Shown here in pieces: positions 1 to 13,104 of a stretch of 64,000 nucleotides of DNA. Under the pieces are notes generated by a model. That model had not been told where the DNA came from, ran no database searches, and saw nothing but the letters and a program-made list of their open reading frames with translations. How positions within the stretch are numbered: the stretch's first letter is position 1; every line of letters starts with the position of its first letter. Origin of the DNA: Octopus sinensis (lineage: Eukaryota). The stretch lies in assembly GCF_006345805.1 (NCBI RefSeq), contig NC_042997.1, positions 62,496,001 to 62,560,000 on the forward strand. Direction: 5' to 3'. A program made the position numbers and the translations under genes.

Positions 1-335
1 GTTCCCGGAATAAGGATTGTTTAAGAATGTTGAACGAACCACCAATGTTTCCAAAGGTGAATTATCCAAACCTCTAAGAATTCCTTTCAACACACGGCTA
101 TGATGCTCCCCCACTATTTCTGCTGGTGATCAGAGATGCACATATCGTCAGCCATTAAGGTACATGCTCAACTGGTTAAGGTCAAACAACTGACAAGCAG
201 ATTTGTCGTATTGAGCAGAATATTTGCTGTAGGCCGTCTTTTGTACCAAGACAAAACAATGTACATGATAACACTGCCAATCAGTTAAGATCAGAAGCCA
301 TGAGATCCACTGTCTAGTACTGCATCAGGGCATAG
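1..335 (+). mobile_element. Dispersed SINE-like repeat (3' part); also at 43786-44312 (+) and ~36440-36630 (-)
   Basis: Near-identical tract aataaggatt...gaattcctttcaacaca...ggtcaaacaactgacaagca at 1-330 and 44005-44310, both ending in (ATT)n. Confidence 0.75.
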
Positions 336-357
336 TTCATTATTATAATTATTATTA

Positions 358-474
<117 letters not shown>

Positions 475-513
475 TATACTGTTATCAATACCTCTGCTAT
501 TTTATTTCGACAG

Positions 514-599
514 AGCGATTTGGAAGAATATGATACAAACAAAGATGGCGAAGTTACCAAGGCTGAGTTCGTTCGAGCGATGTATAAGCGATATCTTCA
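514..599 (+). CDS. EF-hand (calmodulin-like) gene A, internal coding exon carrying EF-hand 2 (SDLEEYDTNKDGEVTKAEFVRAMYKRYLQ)
   Basis: Acceptor ttatttcgacAG at 512-513, canonical loop DTNKDGEVTKAE, donor CA|GTAAGT at 600 (phase 2). Same 86-nt length and phases as paralog exon 42951-42866. Missed by the ORF track. Confidence 0.9.
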
Positions 600-643
600 G
601 TAAGTCCACACATTTCGTATCTTTTCATCGTATCTCTCATTTT

Positions 644-1101
644 GGATCTTTTCTTTTTCATGGGCAGCTCGATTAATTAATTTTCTTTAACTAAACACTT
701 TGAAACTTCGTATACTGGTAGAATGTGTCATATAGAATATCTTTTACTCTTAGCGTTGTTGAGAAAAGTTTCTATTTTCGAAGTTTTTTAAGCTAAAACC
801 AGTACAGACGCATAGATGATGTCATAAATAACAGCGACAAACGAAATATACACCGCCGGAAGTTGTTGTTGACAAACAAAACAGCAGTAATTTTATTCAG
901 CCGAATACACCTCATTGATTCGTTGAAATTACCAAAATACGACAAATTTAACACGAAATAACTTCGAAAATAAAAACTTTTCTCAACAATGCTAAGAATA
1001 AAAGATGTTCTATATGACACATTCTACCAGTATACGAAGTTTCAAAGTGTTTAGTTAAAGAAAATTAAACAATCGAGCTGCCCATGTAGAGGAAAAGATC
1101 C
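644..1101. repeat. Inverted repeat (arms ~644-788 / ~959-1101, ~93% identical), PLE-type inverted fragment in gene A intron
   Basis: Arms reverse-complement with ~10 mismatches in ~145 bp; another family member at ~22270-22535. Confidence 0.85.
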
Positions 1102-1299
1102 TTCATTTTATTTCATAACTCCTACCATAATGATACAGTTAAACATTTGTAATGAATTGGTGTAGTTGATTACATCGTAAACATATATAACAGAAACCTC
1201 ATGTTATCCAGCCTCACGAACGAAAGTAAATATATTAAAGGCTAGGTAACTTAGTTCGATGTTTGCTCGGTCATTTTCAATAATTATTTCTACTCTAGG

Positions 1300-2293
1300 C
1301 ACAAGGCCTCAAAAATTTTTGGAGAAGGGGTGAGTTGATTACATCAGCACAAATGTGTAACTGGAACTTATTTCATCGACCTCGAAAGGATGAAAGGCAA
1401 AGTCGACCTTTGCGGAATTTGAACTCAGAACGTAGCAGCAGACAAAATACCTATTTCTTTACTGCCCACAAGGGGCTAAACACAGACGGGACAAACAAGG
1501 ACAGACAAAGGGATTTAGTCAATTATATCGACCCCAGTGCGTAACTGGTACTTAATTTATCGACCCCGAAAGGATGAAAGGCAAAGTCGACCTTTGCGGA
1601 ATTTGAACTCAGAACGTAACGGCAGACAAAATACCAATAAGCCTTTCGCCCGGCTTGCTAATGATTCTGTCAGCTCACCGCCCTCGGTCAATTTCAATAA
1701 TGTCGATGATGATAATGTTGATGATGGCTTTTAATTCAGACACAGGACCGACGATTTTGTGGAATCGGCCGAGTGGATATCATCAATCTCATTACTGGAC
1801 CGATACTTTATATTATGGAATTCAGAGCGATAGAAAACAAAGCTGACCTCGGTAAATAATAATAGCTGATTTCAAATTATGGCACATGGATAGCATGTTC
1901 GGGATATTGGATAAATCGATCACATGGGTCCCAGTGTTCAACTGATATTTACTTTATCGGCTCGAAATGATGAAAGGCAATGTCGACCTGGGCGGAATTT
2001 GAACTCTGAACGTAAAGACGGATGGAATACTGCTAAATATATTGTTCGGTGTGCTAACGATTTCGGTAAATGATAATAAGCATTTCTGCTATAAGCATAA
2101 GGGCAGAAATTATTGGGGAGGGGGGATATTCGATTATAGTGACCCCAGTACTCAGCTGGTACTTATTTTATCGACCCCGAAAGAATGAAAGGCAAAGTGG
2201 ACCTAGACAGAATTTGAACCCAGAATATCAAGGCGGATGAAATACAGCTAAGCATTTTGCCCGGGGTGCTAACAATTCTGCCAGCTCGTCGCT

Positions 2294-2330
<37 letters not shown>

Positions 2331-2725
2331 TAGTTCTTTCTACTATAAGTACAAGGCCTGGTATTTTGTGGGTGGGGGACAATCGATCACATTCACACCC
2401 GTACTCAACTGGTACTTAATTTATCGACTCTGAAAGGAGTCGACTTCCGCAGAATTTGATCTCAGAATGTAGCGTCAAGCGAAATACCTATTTCTTTACT
2501 AACCACAAGGGGCTAAACACAGAGAGGACAAACAAGGACAGATAAACGGATTAAGTCGATTATACCGACCCCAGTGCGTAACTGGTACTTATTTAATAGA
2601 CCCCGAAAGAATGAAAGGCAAAGCCGACCTCAGCGGAATTTGAACTCAGAACGAGGCGACAGTTGAAATACCGATAACCATGTCGTCCAGCATGCTAAAG
2701 ATTCTGCCAGCTCGCCGCCTTAAAT
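1300..2725 (-). mobile_element. Array of tRNA-derived SINEs (gaaaggatgaaaggcaaagtcgacc family), including dimeric forms
   Basis: Repeated core atcgaccccgaaaggatgaaaggcaaagtcgacctcggcggaatttgaactcagaacgt; B-box GTTCAAATTCC on the - strand. Other copies at ~3340-3470, 16075-17135, 26460-26860, 37105-37510, 37810-38040, 43020-43570, 44380-44570, 46230-46670, 47100-47290. Confidence 0.85.
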
Positions 2726-3480
2726 AATGTTTTCTTTTATTTTATTTTTAAAAGAGATATTTTATTTTTATCTTTAATTTTTCGCGGCATTTTGGCTAAG
2801 ATCAAAATGCCACCTTAAATAACAACAACAACAACAATAATGATAATGAAGGCCTTTCCCGTAGAAGGCGACGTGTGTTCAGTTTTTGCTGAACGAGCTG
2901 CACAAATGATTTGTTTATAGTGATCACGTGTATGTGCTGTACATAAGCTCACTTCCTCCATCAAATCGATATCGCCAGTGCCGGTGCAAAAGTGTGTCAC
3001 ACGTCAGATGTCGAAATGATCGCAGAGCAACGTGAAAGGAAATGTTTTGCTCGAGAACCCAACGCACCGCTCTTTCCGGGAATCGAAACCATGACCTAGC
3101 GTTCGTGAGTGCCACCCTCACCGCTAGACTCTATATTGTTCACAACGCCCCCCGCCCCCCCAAAAAAACATGGTGAATTTTATGTTGCATGCATACATAA
3201 TGAACTTAAACACCTTTTCGTCTGAGTACTAGACCGCTGATCAAGAAATGTTGCGTAACCAAGAGTGCCTTCTGAATAAGACACAATTATATCCGCTTTA
3301 TGTATTGTATATCACTTTATTATTAGAGGAAATTTCAAGGCAGCGAGCTGGTAAAACCGTTTGCACGCCGGGGAAAAATACTTAGCGGCATTTCCCCCGT
3401 CTATACGTTCTGTGTTCAAATTCCGCCGAAGTCGACTTTATCTTTCGAGTGCGATAAAATAAGAACCAGTTGAACACGTA

Positions 3481-4232
3481 CTTTGCATGAAGATCTGCAT
3501 TTTCACCCATACAAATTTGTCATTCGGCTACAGATGAAACCGCGGGACTATGCACAGCAGCTTAACTTCGCACGTCAGAGGGAAGCAATTTTGGGGGTAA
3601 ATGACGGCCTCATTTTTTTTAATGAATGATGAAGCTCATTTTCATCCCAATGGCATGGCGAATCAACAGAACTATCGTTACTGAGCTCTTGATAATCCGA
3701 GAGAACTGCACAAAAGATCACTGCACAGCCCAAAAGGGCCCGAATTACGACGAAAACGTATGCCTATTCAACGTGTGTGGTTTCAATAGGATGGGGAGAC
3801 GGTCCACACAGCCAGAGCATCAATGGACGTTCTTCGCCCTCTCATTGGTGACCACCCCATTTCCATGTTTGCTGACATTCCTTGGCTCCTCGGTCCCTTG
3901 ATTTGTCCACGAGTGATTATTTCTTGTGGGGAAACCTCAAGGCACGTATGTATGCACATAAGCCCCGTACATTGGACAATTTGAAGGAAGCTCTTCGCGT
4001 GCAATCGTCCAAATCGACAGAGCAATCTGGGAGAGAGTGGAGGCCAACATCCAAGAACGCTTTCAGAAATGTATCAATGAAAACGGACTACACATGATAG
4101 ATGTTGTTTTTCATACTTAATTTTGACGAATGCTAATTCAATATAAACACATTGATGTCAATAAAATTTGTTTGCACCTTAAATTAATGATTTTGTGAAC
4201 TTTTCTAAAACGTCTGTCTCTCTGCCTCACCC
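3481..4232 (+). pseudogene. Tc1/mariner-superfamily transposase remnant with 3' TIR
   Basis: Broken frames give LHFHPYK, MNDEAHF, FQ*DGETVH, APRSLDLSTSDYFLWG motifs; TIR-like end aaacgtctgtctctctgcctcaccct. Confidence 0.85.
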
Positions 4233-4524
4233 TTCTCTACGTAAAGATTAGTAAAAATCAACCAATAAGTATTGAGTGTCTTCCCCATGAACTCGACTAA
4301 GTGTGGATGACAGTATTCAAACGACCACCTAGTCATCAAGCTTTTCGCTAATCAACTGAGTCATGCGTTATATAAGAGCTTTTTTATATCAACTAAATTT
4401 CACCTTATAAATTTTTAAAAAATGCTTACTTTGAACGAATTATTATTTTGTTGCTTTTCTACAAATTGTATAATTTTATATTGTTACTAATGATGCTTCT
4501 TCTCTCTTCTATTTTTTTATTAAG

Positions 4525-4726
4525 AAATCCGGATGATATTGAGTTAGCTTTAAAGACATTTGACACTGACAATTCTGGTTATCTCAGCAAAGAAGAACTA
4601 ACCGCGGCAATGAAAAAGATGTGTATGGATCACAGTAGTGAAAATATTCAAAAAATCATAACATCTGTCAGCAAAAATGATCAAATTGATTACAAAGAAT
4701 TTGTGAAGGCTGCTATGGAATTGTGA
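4525..4726 (+). CDS. EF-hand gene A, terminal coding exon (EF3 canonical, EF4 degenerate)
   Basis: Pyrimidine tract + AG at 4523-4524; phase 2 joins CA|A (Gln) from the previous exon; NPDDIELALKTFDTDNSGYLSKEELTAAMKKMCMDHSSENIQKIITSVSKNDQIDYKEFVKAAMEL*; 37/66 identical to exon 38298-38097. Confidence 0.92.
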
Positions 4727-4769
4727 AGGCTGCTATGAACTCGTGAAACCTACTTATTTTGAGAGATAA

Positions 4770-4775
4770 AATAAA
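4770..4775 (+). terminator. Putative polyadenylation signal of gene A (AATAAA)
   Basis: AATAAA ~44 nt after the TGA stop. Confidence 0.5.
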
Positions 4776-5424
4776 AGCAATGTAAACAATTACTGCTGTT
4801 TAATTGGTTTTTCGTGAGCTATTTACATTTAGTTTGAAACATAAATTGCTTATATACATGTGTGTGTTAGATGATTTAGTTTTCTCTCAAAGATGGAAAT
4901 TTTTCTCATGGGGATTAAACGAGTTTTTAGCATGGTTTAATATACGTTGAAACAAAATCTAACGTAACTATAGCTATATAAAGATTATTAAACATTTAAA
5001 GGTTTCTATAAGGCAACAAGGAGGATATTACAACTGTCACAGAGGCGCTGGAGACTGGTGTTTGCTGTCTTAGTAATTACTTAACAATCGTCATAATAAA
5101 CGGAATGATGTGTGACTTAGGCTCTCTATTAATCTGGGCTACTATGATTTATTAAATCCCCAAGCACATCAAACGTGTTTGCATTGTGGACCGTTCTTAT
5201 TAAAATCCTTTCAGATTTGTTCTAAATATTTTCAGTAAGTAAACTAAGACGCGAGAGTGGCTGTGTGGAGAGAAGCTTGCTTGCCATCCACATGGTTCTG
5301 GGTTCATTTTCACTGCGTGGCACCTTGGTAAGTGTCTTCTACCATAGGCTCAGGCCGACCAAGATCTTGTGAGTGGATTTGGTAGACGGAAACTAAAAAT
5401 AGTCTGTCGTATATATATATAGTC

Positions 5425-5633
5425 GCCATGTTAGATCGTTAGCTACTACACACATTTTTTTCTCTCCTTGTTTCTCTTCTTGTTTTTCTCTCTCCTTTTT
5501 GTTTCTCCTTGCTTTTTTTCTGTGTCCCTTTCTGTAGAAGAGTGTAGGCTCCTGAGCGTTATACTAATACATCTGTTTATTTTGTACACCACTGTCTTCG
5601 TCTTTTGTTTTTTTTTTTTTTTTTGTAAACTCT

Positions 5634-5691
<58 letters not shown>

Positions 5692-6256
5692 CTTCACAGA
5701 CGGCCACAACAACATCAAGAACACGACTAATAACGACAGCAGCAGCGGCGGTAACAACGATGGCAATAATAACAACTACCATGATGGTAACATCGTGGAT
5801 GATCACACAAATACAGACAGATACAGGAACTGTACCAAGTTTTCGGGTTCCGGGACAGCAACAGCATAACGGGGTGAGAGGATGGGCTGAGCGGATGGCT
5901 ATACTGCTGCTAATAACAATGACATACACATACACACACGCACACACATAAACAGAGACGCAAACGCATGCGCACGTATGGATACACATCATAGAAGAGC
6001 AGAATGGAGTAAGTGGAGCAAGAGCACACACGAAAACGAAAAGTTTGTCATAGAAAAATGTGTCACTGATGTATGACAAAAGATTTCCGGAAAATGGATA
6101 TGTGTTCAAATAAGAGCAGTAATATACCAGTGAAGAAGAAATATATAGTGCGTGTGCTTCTTTGGCAAGAAAAGAAAACCCCCATCCCGAAATACAACGA
6201 TATCTGTTTCAACACACGATTTCACATCAGGAGTCTTTCAACACAAATTAATTAAC

Positions 6257-6322
<66 letters not shown>

Positions 6323-6520
6323 GGAATTTACAAAAAGCAAAAAACGAAGACAGGTGTGTAAACAACAAATACGTGTATTAGTTTAACGCTCGGGAATGTG
6401 AGAAAGTCTTTTACGTTTCGAGCCTACACTCTCCAACAGAAAAGAACACGAGAAAATAAACAGAGCGAATAAACAAAAGAAATCTTTAGTAGCTAGAGGT
6501 CAATCATGGCAATGGCTGGA
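5425..6520. repeat. Inverted pair of PLE pseudo-LTR family A copies (~5425-5640 / ~6318-6520)
   Basis: Arms reverse-complement (gaagagtgtaggctc...gtcttcgtcttttg vs aaaacgaagacagg...gagcctacactct); same family as 24078-24872. Confidence 0.75.
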
Positions 6521-7107
6521 CAGAGGTGATCAGACAGTAGAATTAGGAAGAAAGGGAAATGATAAAGTAGTGGTGATCCCAAATATATATATATTATAAT
6601 AATAAGGTTAAAAATCATTAATGATTTTTACCAGGTGATCAGCGCGGAAATAAAAACCTCATAGGCAAATATTACAAATATTTTATAATTTCATACATAA
6701 TTATAACAAGGACTTGGCTGTGTATCTCACCACGCACTAAAAATAGACGTCAAAAGACACTATCACCACCATAAAATCTCCGAGAATAATACACCACATA
6801 ATAGGCTAGCAAAAGAAAGAAGATGAATTAAAACTTTCGGTTATCCACGTACAAGATCCTGTTTCCAGCTTAAAGTAAAAAATATTACCGAATGCTTTCA
6901 TCAGTGACGGTATTCCATAGCGTAAATTCACGAGTGTCCATGAATATGTAAGCAAGGTACGACGTCGCTTAACTAATATCTATTCACACTCGTAAAAATA
7001 TACTGCAAAGTCGAATTCACATCCTTCCTTTATACCAACGGGAAGTGTGTCGTTAATATAGTTTCGATCAAGGAGTTCCAGTTACGCCCCCCCCATACAT
7101 ACATACA

Positions 7108-7142
<35 letters not shown>

Positions 7143-7253
7143 TGATATATATATATATATATACATATATAGAGATATATACATATATATAATATATGTA
7201 TATATATAATATATGTATGTATGTATATATATATATATATAGTTAATCCAAAC

Positions 7254-7286
<33 letters not shown>

Positions 7287-7353
7287 ACACAGACACACAT
7301 ACTCGCGCCCACACACACACACCAAATATATATATATAATAGATTAATAATAT

Positions 7354-7395
<42 letters not shown>

Positions 7396-7676
7396 GATCG
7401 TAGCCTAGTGAATATGGTGTGTTGCACTCACGACCGCAAGATTCTGGTGTGTCGATTCCAAGGCCGGCTCTGTTTCCTGGAGAGTAAAACGCTTCATTTC
7501 ACGTGCTCAGCTCCACTCGTAATAAATCTGTAGCCCTACGGCGAACTGACATCTCGTTCAGAGGAAACTTTGGGCTACTCGCCTAACCAGCAGGTTGGTG
7601 ACATTTGAAAGCTACAAAATACAACATTGGGAGGAAGCGCATTGTAGTGAGCAGTGTATAACAACTGGTAGTCTGG

Positions 7677-7717
<41 letters not shown>

Positions 7718-9081
7718 TACCTGGTGTTCCCGGTAATTCCCGGGGGTAAAGATATTCTATTGAAACGCCTCATTACTCTGATATAAGGAAGTTAGTTCAT
7801 TATAACTGCCACAAAATGGGTATTTTCCGTCGCAAAAACGTACAAAAAGAGCTGTCGGCTGTAGGAGGGAGAGATTGTTGGAGGTTGGCGAGAGAGGTTT
7901 TAGGAGGTTGGTGAGAAAGTACTCTGACTCATCGTGGCACTTTAAAGGTGAACTCTATGAAGGCTAATTTATTAAAGATAATATATAAATGTAGTATATA
8001 TGTATATGAGTATATGAATGAAGTGTTCAATGTTTAAGAATGAAATGAATAAAGTGCAATAATGACATTGATACTCACTTATGGCTGCTCTCAGTAACTG
8101 CCTTTAGCTTATGGAGTTCTTGTTTTTATAACTATCGAAAACCAGTCAGAAGGATATATATATTATTGAGAACAAATGATCTCATTGGAGGTATGTTATC
8201 TCCATCCCAGCCCCTGGTGCCCTCGAAAAGGTTACAAGGGTCAAGTGGAAAAGACATTATTTACATAGTGAATGCATCTGGGAAATGTATAACTGCTGTC
8301 ATTCACAGAAAAGATATTGTTTTACCGTGAGAAAAGCGCTTTTGAAGTGTTAAGTAAAATTTGGCAATCGAGGATCGAATCCACGCTGTGCCAGCATTAA
8401 GCCACAATTACGTTGTGGAATAAAAAAAGGTATCTACTGTCAGGGAAAAAGTGTAACTGTAAAAATGCAGGATTATCGGAGTAATGGGCATTCAAAGAAG
8501 TATGTATGTAAAGAAATGTGTGAATGAAGTATCTAAGGTTTAAGATTCAAATGAAGGAAGTGCAATAATAATATTTAGCAGTTCAAAACTGAGTAGTGAG
8601 AAGGATCAATTGGAGGTTCACTATTATCGATTTTTTTCAACAATCTAAGTATGTCATGAGGTTTCTAGACACGAGTTCTACTCACGTGTCAAATAAAGTA
8701 TAAAAATGATATTGTTTGCAAAAATTAGAAATTGGACACACACACAATGCAATATTGAAAGTAATCGAACATAAACAATGAATCGTGTAAAATATTTATA
8801 AATTCGATGGCTCAATTAGTTTCATGAAAATGTTCTATGAACTGTAAATAAGCAATAAATATTATGATTTGTAAAATAAGTATAAGTGATACAGGGGCCG
8901 TATTATCGATTCTTTTCTATAATCTATGTATGTCACGAGATTTCTAGACATGAGTTCTACTCAAGTGTTAAGTTTCATCAAAACCAATAAAACGATGTAG
9001 GAGGAGTTAGCTAACAACGCCACAAACAAACACACAGCGATTTTCCACTATGTATAGTAATATATATATATATATATTATA

Positions 9082-9159
<78 letters not shown>

Positions 9160-9249
9160 TTCTTTCGTCACTATTTCTGACATGGCCAGCCGAGCGCAAT
9201 TGTGATTGAATAAGGAAGCTCTCAATTCCACCAATCTCACACTTGCTAA

Positions 9250-10500
9250 ACAGGTCGGTAGTAGAACCTTTGTCTAAGTGAATAACCGCAGATTGTCCTC
9301 AGACAGTCTTTGTGGAAGATGTTAATGTCCACCATGTTTGTAAATTTCAGGAGGGATAGCATCCCTGCCAAGTACTTTATTAGAAGAGATGTGTTAATAG
9401 AGTTGACATCTTCCAGGAAGGTTGGCTCCATAGACAGTTCCGGTATTACAGTGTGCTGTGGAACAGACATTATAACGTCATCATTAGTGTCTGAGGTGGA
9501 GTTCAACACGGCTTCAAAGTGATTTTTTGATCGTTTTAAGATGTAAGATCTGTCAGTCAGGGGTGTCTCTCTATTCGATGAAAAAGTAGGAGCAACACCG
9601 TGCTCTTGAGGACCATACACTTCCTTGAAGCCTTCATAAAGGCTTTAGAATCCTTTCTGTCTGTAGCTTCTTGGATCACATGATCCTGCAAAACGAATCT
9701 CACTGAGCACAGTTATGTCAATGTATTTCTTTAGTTCAAGGGAAGTCAGTGCTGTCTTTCGTTCTGGTGCTGAGTAACTGTCACGGAGAGTGCCCGCATT
9801 CCAAGAGACAATATTAATATTCTTAGCTATCTTCCTGTTTCGATTGCGTTACTGAATAACCAGGCAGCTGCAACGGGCTGGCAAGTTTAAGGGGAGTAAG
9901 CAATGTTTGGGGCTCCTTTTTTCGCCTCTTCCCCTGTTGGGGAAAGCAGTGCTGTGTCTAAATAGACCAGCTTTGTCACCACTGGAGGACACGGACAGCA
10001 CAGTTTCTCACAAGTTCTGTACTGGAATAGCTATCACCCAATGGTCGCCGATTGTAGAGATCCAGCAAGAGACTTCCAGTAATATCCTTTACCTGTCCCT
10101 GCCGCTTTCACTCTCTCGTCAGAGGACTTTGGGATTTTTTTCAAGTTGAAACAATGCCGTATTCAACGAATAAATATAAGTTGTCAGAAAAATTACACAG
10201 ATGATTCGACTTGAGTGATGAAGGCTTGTGTAGAACCAACAAAACTTTTTGGAAGTGATGACAACAAGAATATGGTGCACATATGAGCCACAATACCAAG
10301 AACAACACACCTCAGGCTTTTTCCTCAGAGGTTTCCATCTCCTAGACGAGACGCTATAAACAAGCTAGAGAGCCTAGTCTACCCTATGAGTCAGAGTTTA
10401 CTAATAGTACAGACTATGTTAAGGAGACCCTCAGAAACCAAAGACCTGGTTTTATATCAGTTTCCCTCTCCTGGATGGGGTGCCTTCACCACGGTTAAGG
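9250..10500 (-). mobile_element. RTE-type LINE 5' fragment (degenerate APE endonuclease + 5'UTR)
   Basis: Minus strand reads NINIVSWNAGTLRD...DITVLSEIR (APE N-terminus); 5'UTR motif ccttcaccacggtt also at 53830-54140 (+). Confidence 0.7.
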
Positions 10501-10555
10501 AGCCTCATCTGCCCCCTAATATAAGGGATTAAATATATCAGGAGAAAAATTACAC

Positions 10556-10599
<44 letters not shown>

Positions 10600-10604
10600 C
10601 ACAC

Positions 10605-10635
<31 letters not shown>

Positions 10636-11251
10636 ATATATATATAGATATAAGCTGGACAGCTATATCACACTCCTCACCAGGCAAGCTTGGAGGGGTT
10701 GCCAGTTTAGTTGTCAACGACCCGGCCATGTAACAGGCTGTACTGGGTTACAGGTTACCAGTAGCGAACAAGAGTAATAGCACTCGAGAGCGACCTGCCT
10801 TTTTTTCCTATCGTTCTACTTCTCCAACTCTCTTCCTCTATCGTTGACCTGCCAGACTTAGAAACTTTTCAAATGTAAGCTTCTCCTTTTTCCTTCTCTA
10901 TACTAAATATTTTTAACATAGCAATGTACTACTATACGCATACATGCCTATATCTTTTGCAGACGAGTGTGGCCATTTCTCTGAAAAAACATTTTAATTG
11001 TTTTCTTTCTTTAATTCATTAACTAGAGATCTGTATCTTCCATCTTGCTCTCAATGTTCATGTAACCCCTCCCGCCCGCCCCCTAACAACCAGCTGATCA
11101 ACCAAAGCAAACTGTTTGCGTCAGTTGCCCCTTACTGCAAGGTTGTCTCCTTAGGCACCCCCACCCCCTGAAAAACAAAAGTCATGTCGCTCCCGAGTGC
11201 TATTAATCGCTCATATATACACACACACACATACATACATACATACATACA

Positions 11252-11285
<34 letters not shown>

Positions 11286-11798
11286 ATATATATATATATA
11301 ATATAATATATATATTATATATATATATAATATATATATAATACATACATATATATATGTGTGTATGTGTGTGTGCTTGTGTGCATATGTGTATGTATGT
11401 AAGTGTGTGTGCGTCTGCGTGCGTGTGCATGCATGCATGTATGTATATACATATACGGCGGGTTTGCACACAGTTTTGCTCTACCAAATTCACTCATAAG
11501 ATATTGTTCCACTCGGAGATATTGTGGAAAACACTTGTCCAAGATGTTGCACATTGGCTGAATCCGAGACCATGTGCTGCAAAGCAAGCTTCTTAACCAC
11601 ATAGTCATGCCTATATATATATATATATTATATATATAATATATATATATAATATATATATATTATATATATATATATATATATAATATTATATTATATA
11701 TATATATATAATAATACATTATTATATAGATATATATATACATATATATTATATATATATATATATAACATATATATATATACATACATATATATATA

Positions 11799-11879
<81 letters not shown>

Positions 11880-12290
11880 TACCTTTTTCTCTTTACTCTT
11901 TTACTTGTTTCAGTCATTTGAATGCGGCCATGCTTGAGCGCCGCCTTTAATCGAGCAACTCGACCCCGGGACTTATTCTTTTTTGTAAGCCCAGTACTTA
12001 TTCTATCGGTCTCTTTTACCGAACCGCTAAGTAACGGGTACATAAACACACCAGCATCGGTTGTCAAGCAATGCTAGGGGGACAAACACAGACACACAAA
12101 CACACACACGCATATATATATATATACATATATAAGACGGGCTTCTTTCAGTTTCCGTCTACCAAATCCACTCACAAAGCTTTGGTCGGCCCGAGGCTAT
12201 AGTAGAAGACACTTGCCCAAGGTGCCTCGCAGTGGGACTGAACCCGGAACCATGTGGTTGGTAAACAAGCTACTTACCACACAGCCACTA
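11880..12290 (-). mobile_element. tRNA-derived SINE (gtggctgtgtggtaagtagcttg head); copies at 5255-5410 (+) and 44820-45170 (-)
   Basis: A/B-box tRNA-like head gtggctgtgtggtaag...ggttcagtccc, with a shared body in three copies. Confidence 0.85.
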
Positions 12291-12297
12291 TATATAC

Positions 12298-12370
<73 letters not shown>

Positions 12371-12461
12371 CATATCATCTAATATAGGATAAAATTTTTC
12401 GAAAAAAATTCTATCAATGGACAGCATATTAAAAAATATCTTTAAAGGTTAAATTTATATA

Positions 12462-13104
12462 CAACTTATACACAGGGGCAAAAGAAAAATATTTCAATGC
12501 CAAATATGCCGAAAATAGACAAATCGTCAATAACCATATAATTTATCACTATAAGCACGCATCTCGAAGTAAGCCGACAGAAATTTCTTTAAAATTCCGT
12601 TATTATCGTATCGGTCCCAATTTCATAGTTAATTCATAAGAATTTTCTCCTCGTCAGCGATAAATACGGTAAGAAATACATGAAATACTTACTTATATCC
12701 ATGGAAGAAGCAAACACTAAGTCATGAGCACACTTAAGTACCCCAAATATATCCAAAATAGAAATTCTCCAGCACACCTCGAGACACGTGCGATCGGACT
12801 GAAAACTCTCATAGAGTGAGAGAGTCCGGAAGTGAATACTATTAAATTTACATCTAATATAGGATACATTTATTTATTACCATATTTATTTCTTACCGTA
12901 TATATCGCTGACGAGGAGAAAATTCTTATGAATTAACTATGAAATTGGGACTGATACGTTAATAACGCAATTTTTTAGAAATTTCTGTCGGCTTACTTCG
13001 GGACGCGTGCTTATAGTGATAAATTATATGGTTATTGACGATTTGTCTATTTTCGGCATATTTGGCATTGAAATTTTTTTCTTTTGCCCTTGTTTATAAG
13101 TTGT
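12462..13104. repeat. Inverted repeat, arms ~12462-12679 / ~12887-13104 (PLE-type)
   Basis: ~215-bp arms reverse-complement (e.g. aataaccatataatttatcactataagcacgc vs gcgtgcttatagtgataaattatatggttatt), ~200-nt spacer. Confidence 0.85.

Noticed and set aside
514-603. Exons 514-603 and 42951-42862 as terminal exons ending in TAA
   Set aside because: The TAA lies in a perfect GTAAGT donor, and phase 2 matches the downstream EF3/EF4 exon in both genes.
8620-8970. ~70-bp imperfect direct repeat (8622-8690 / 8900-8970)
   Set aside because: Short, diverged and with no associated structure; likely an internal repeat of an old element.
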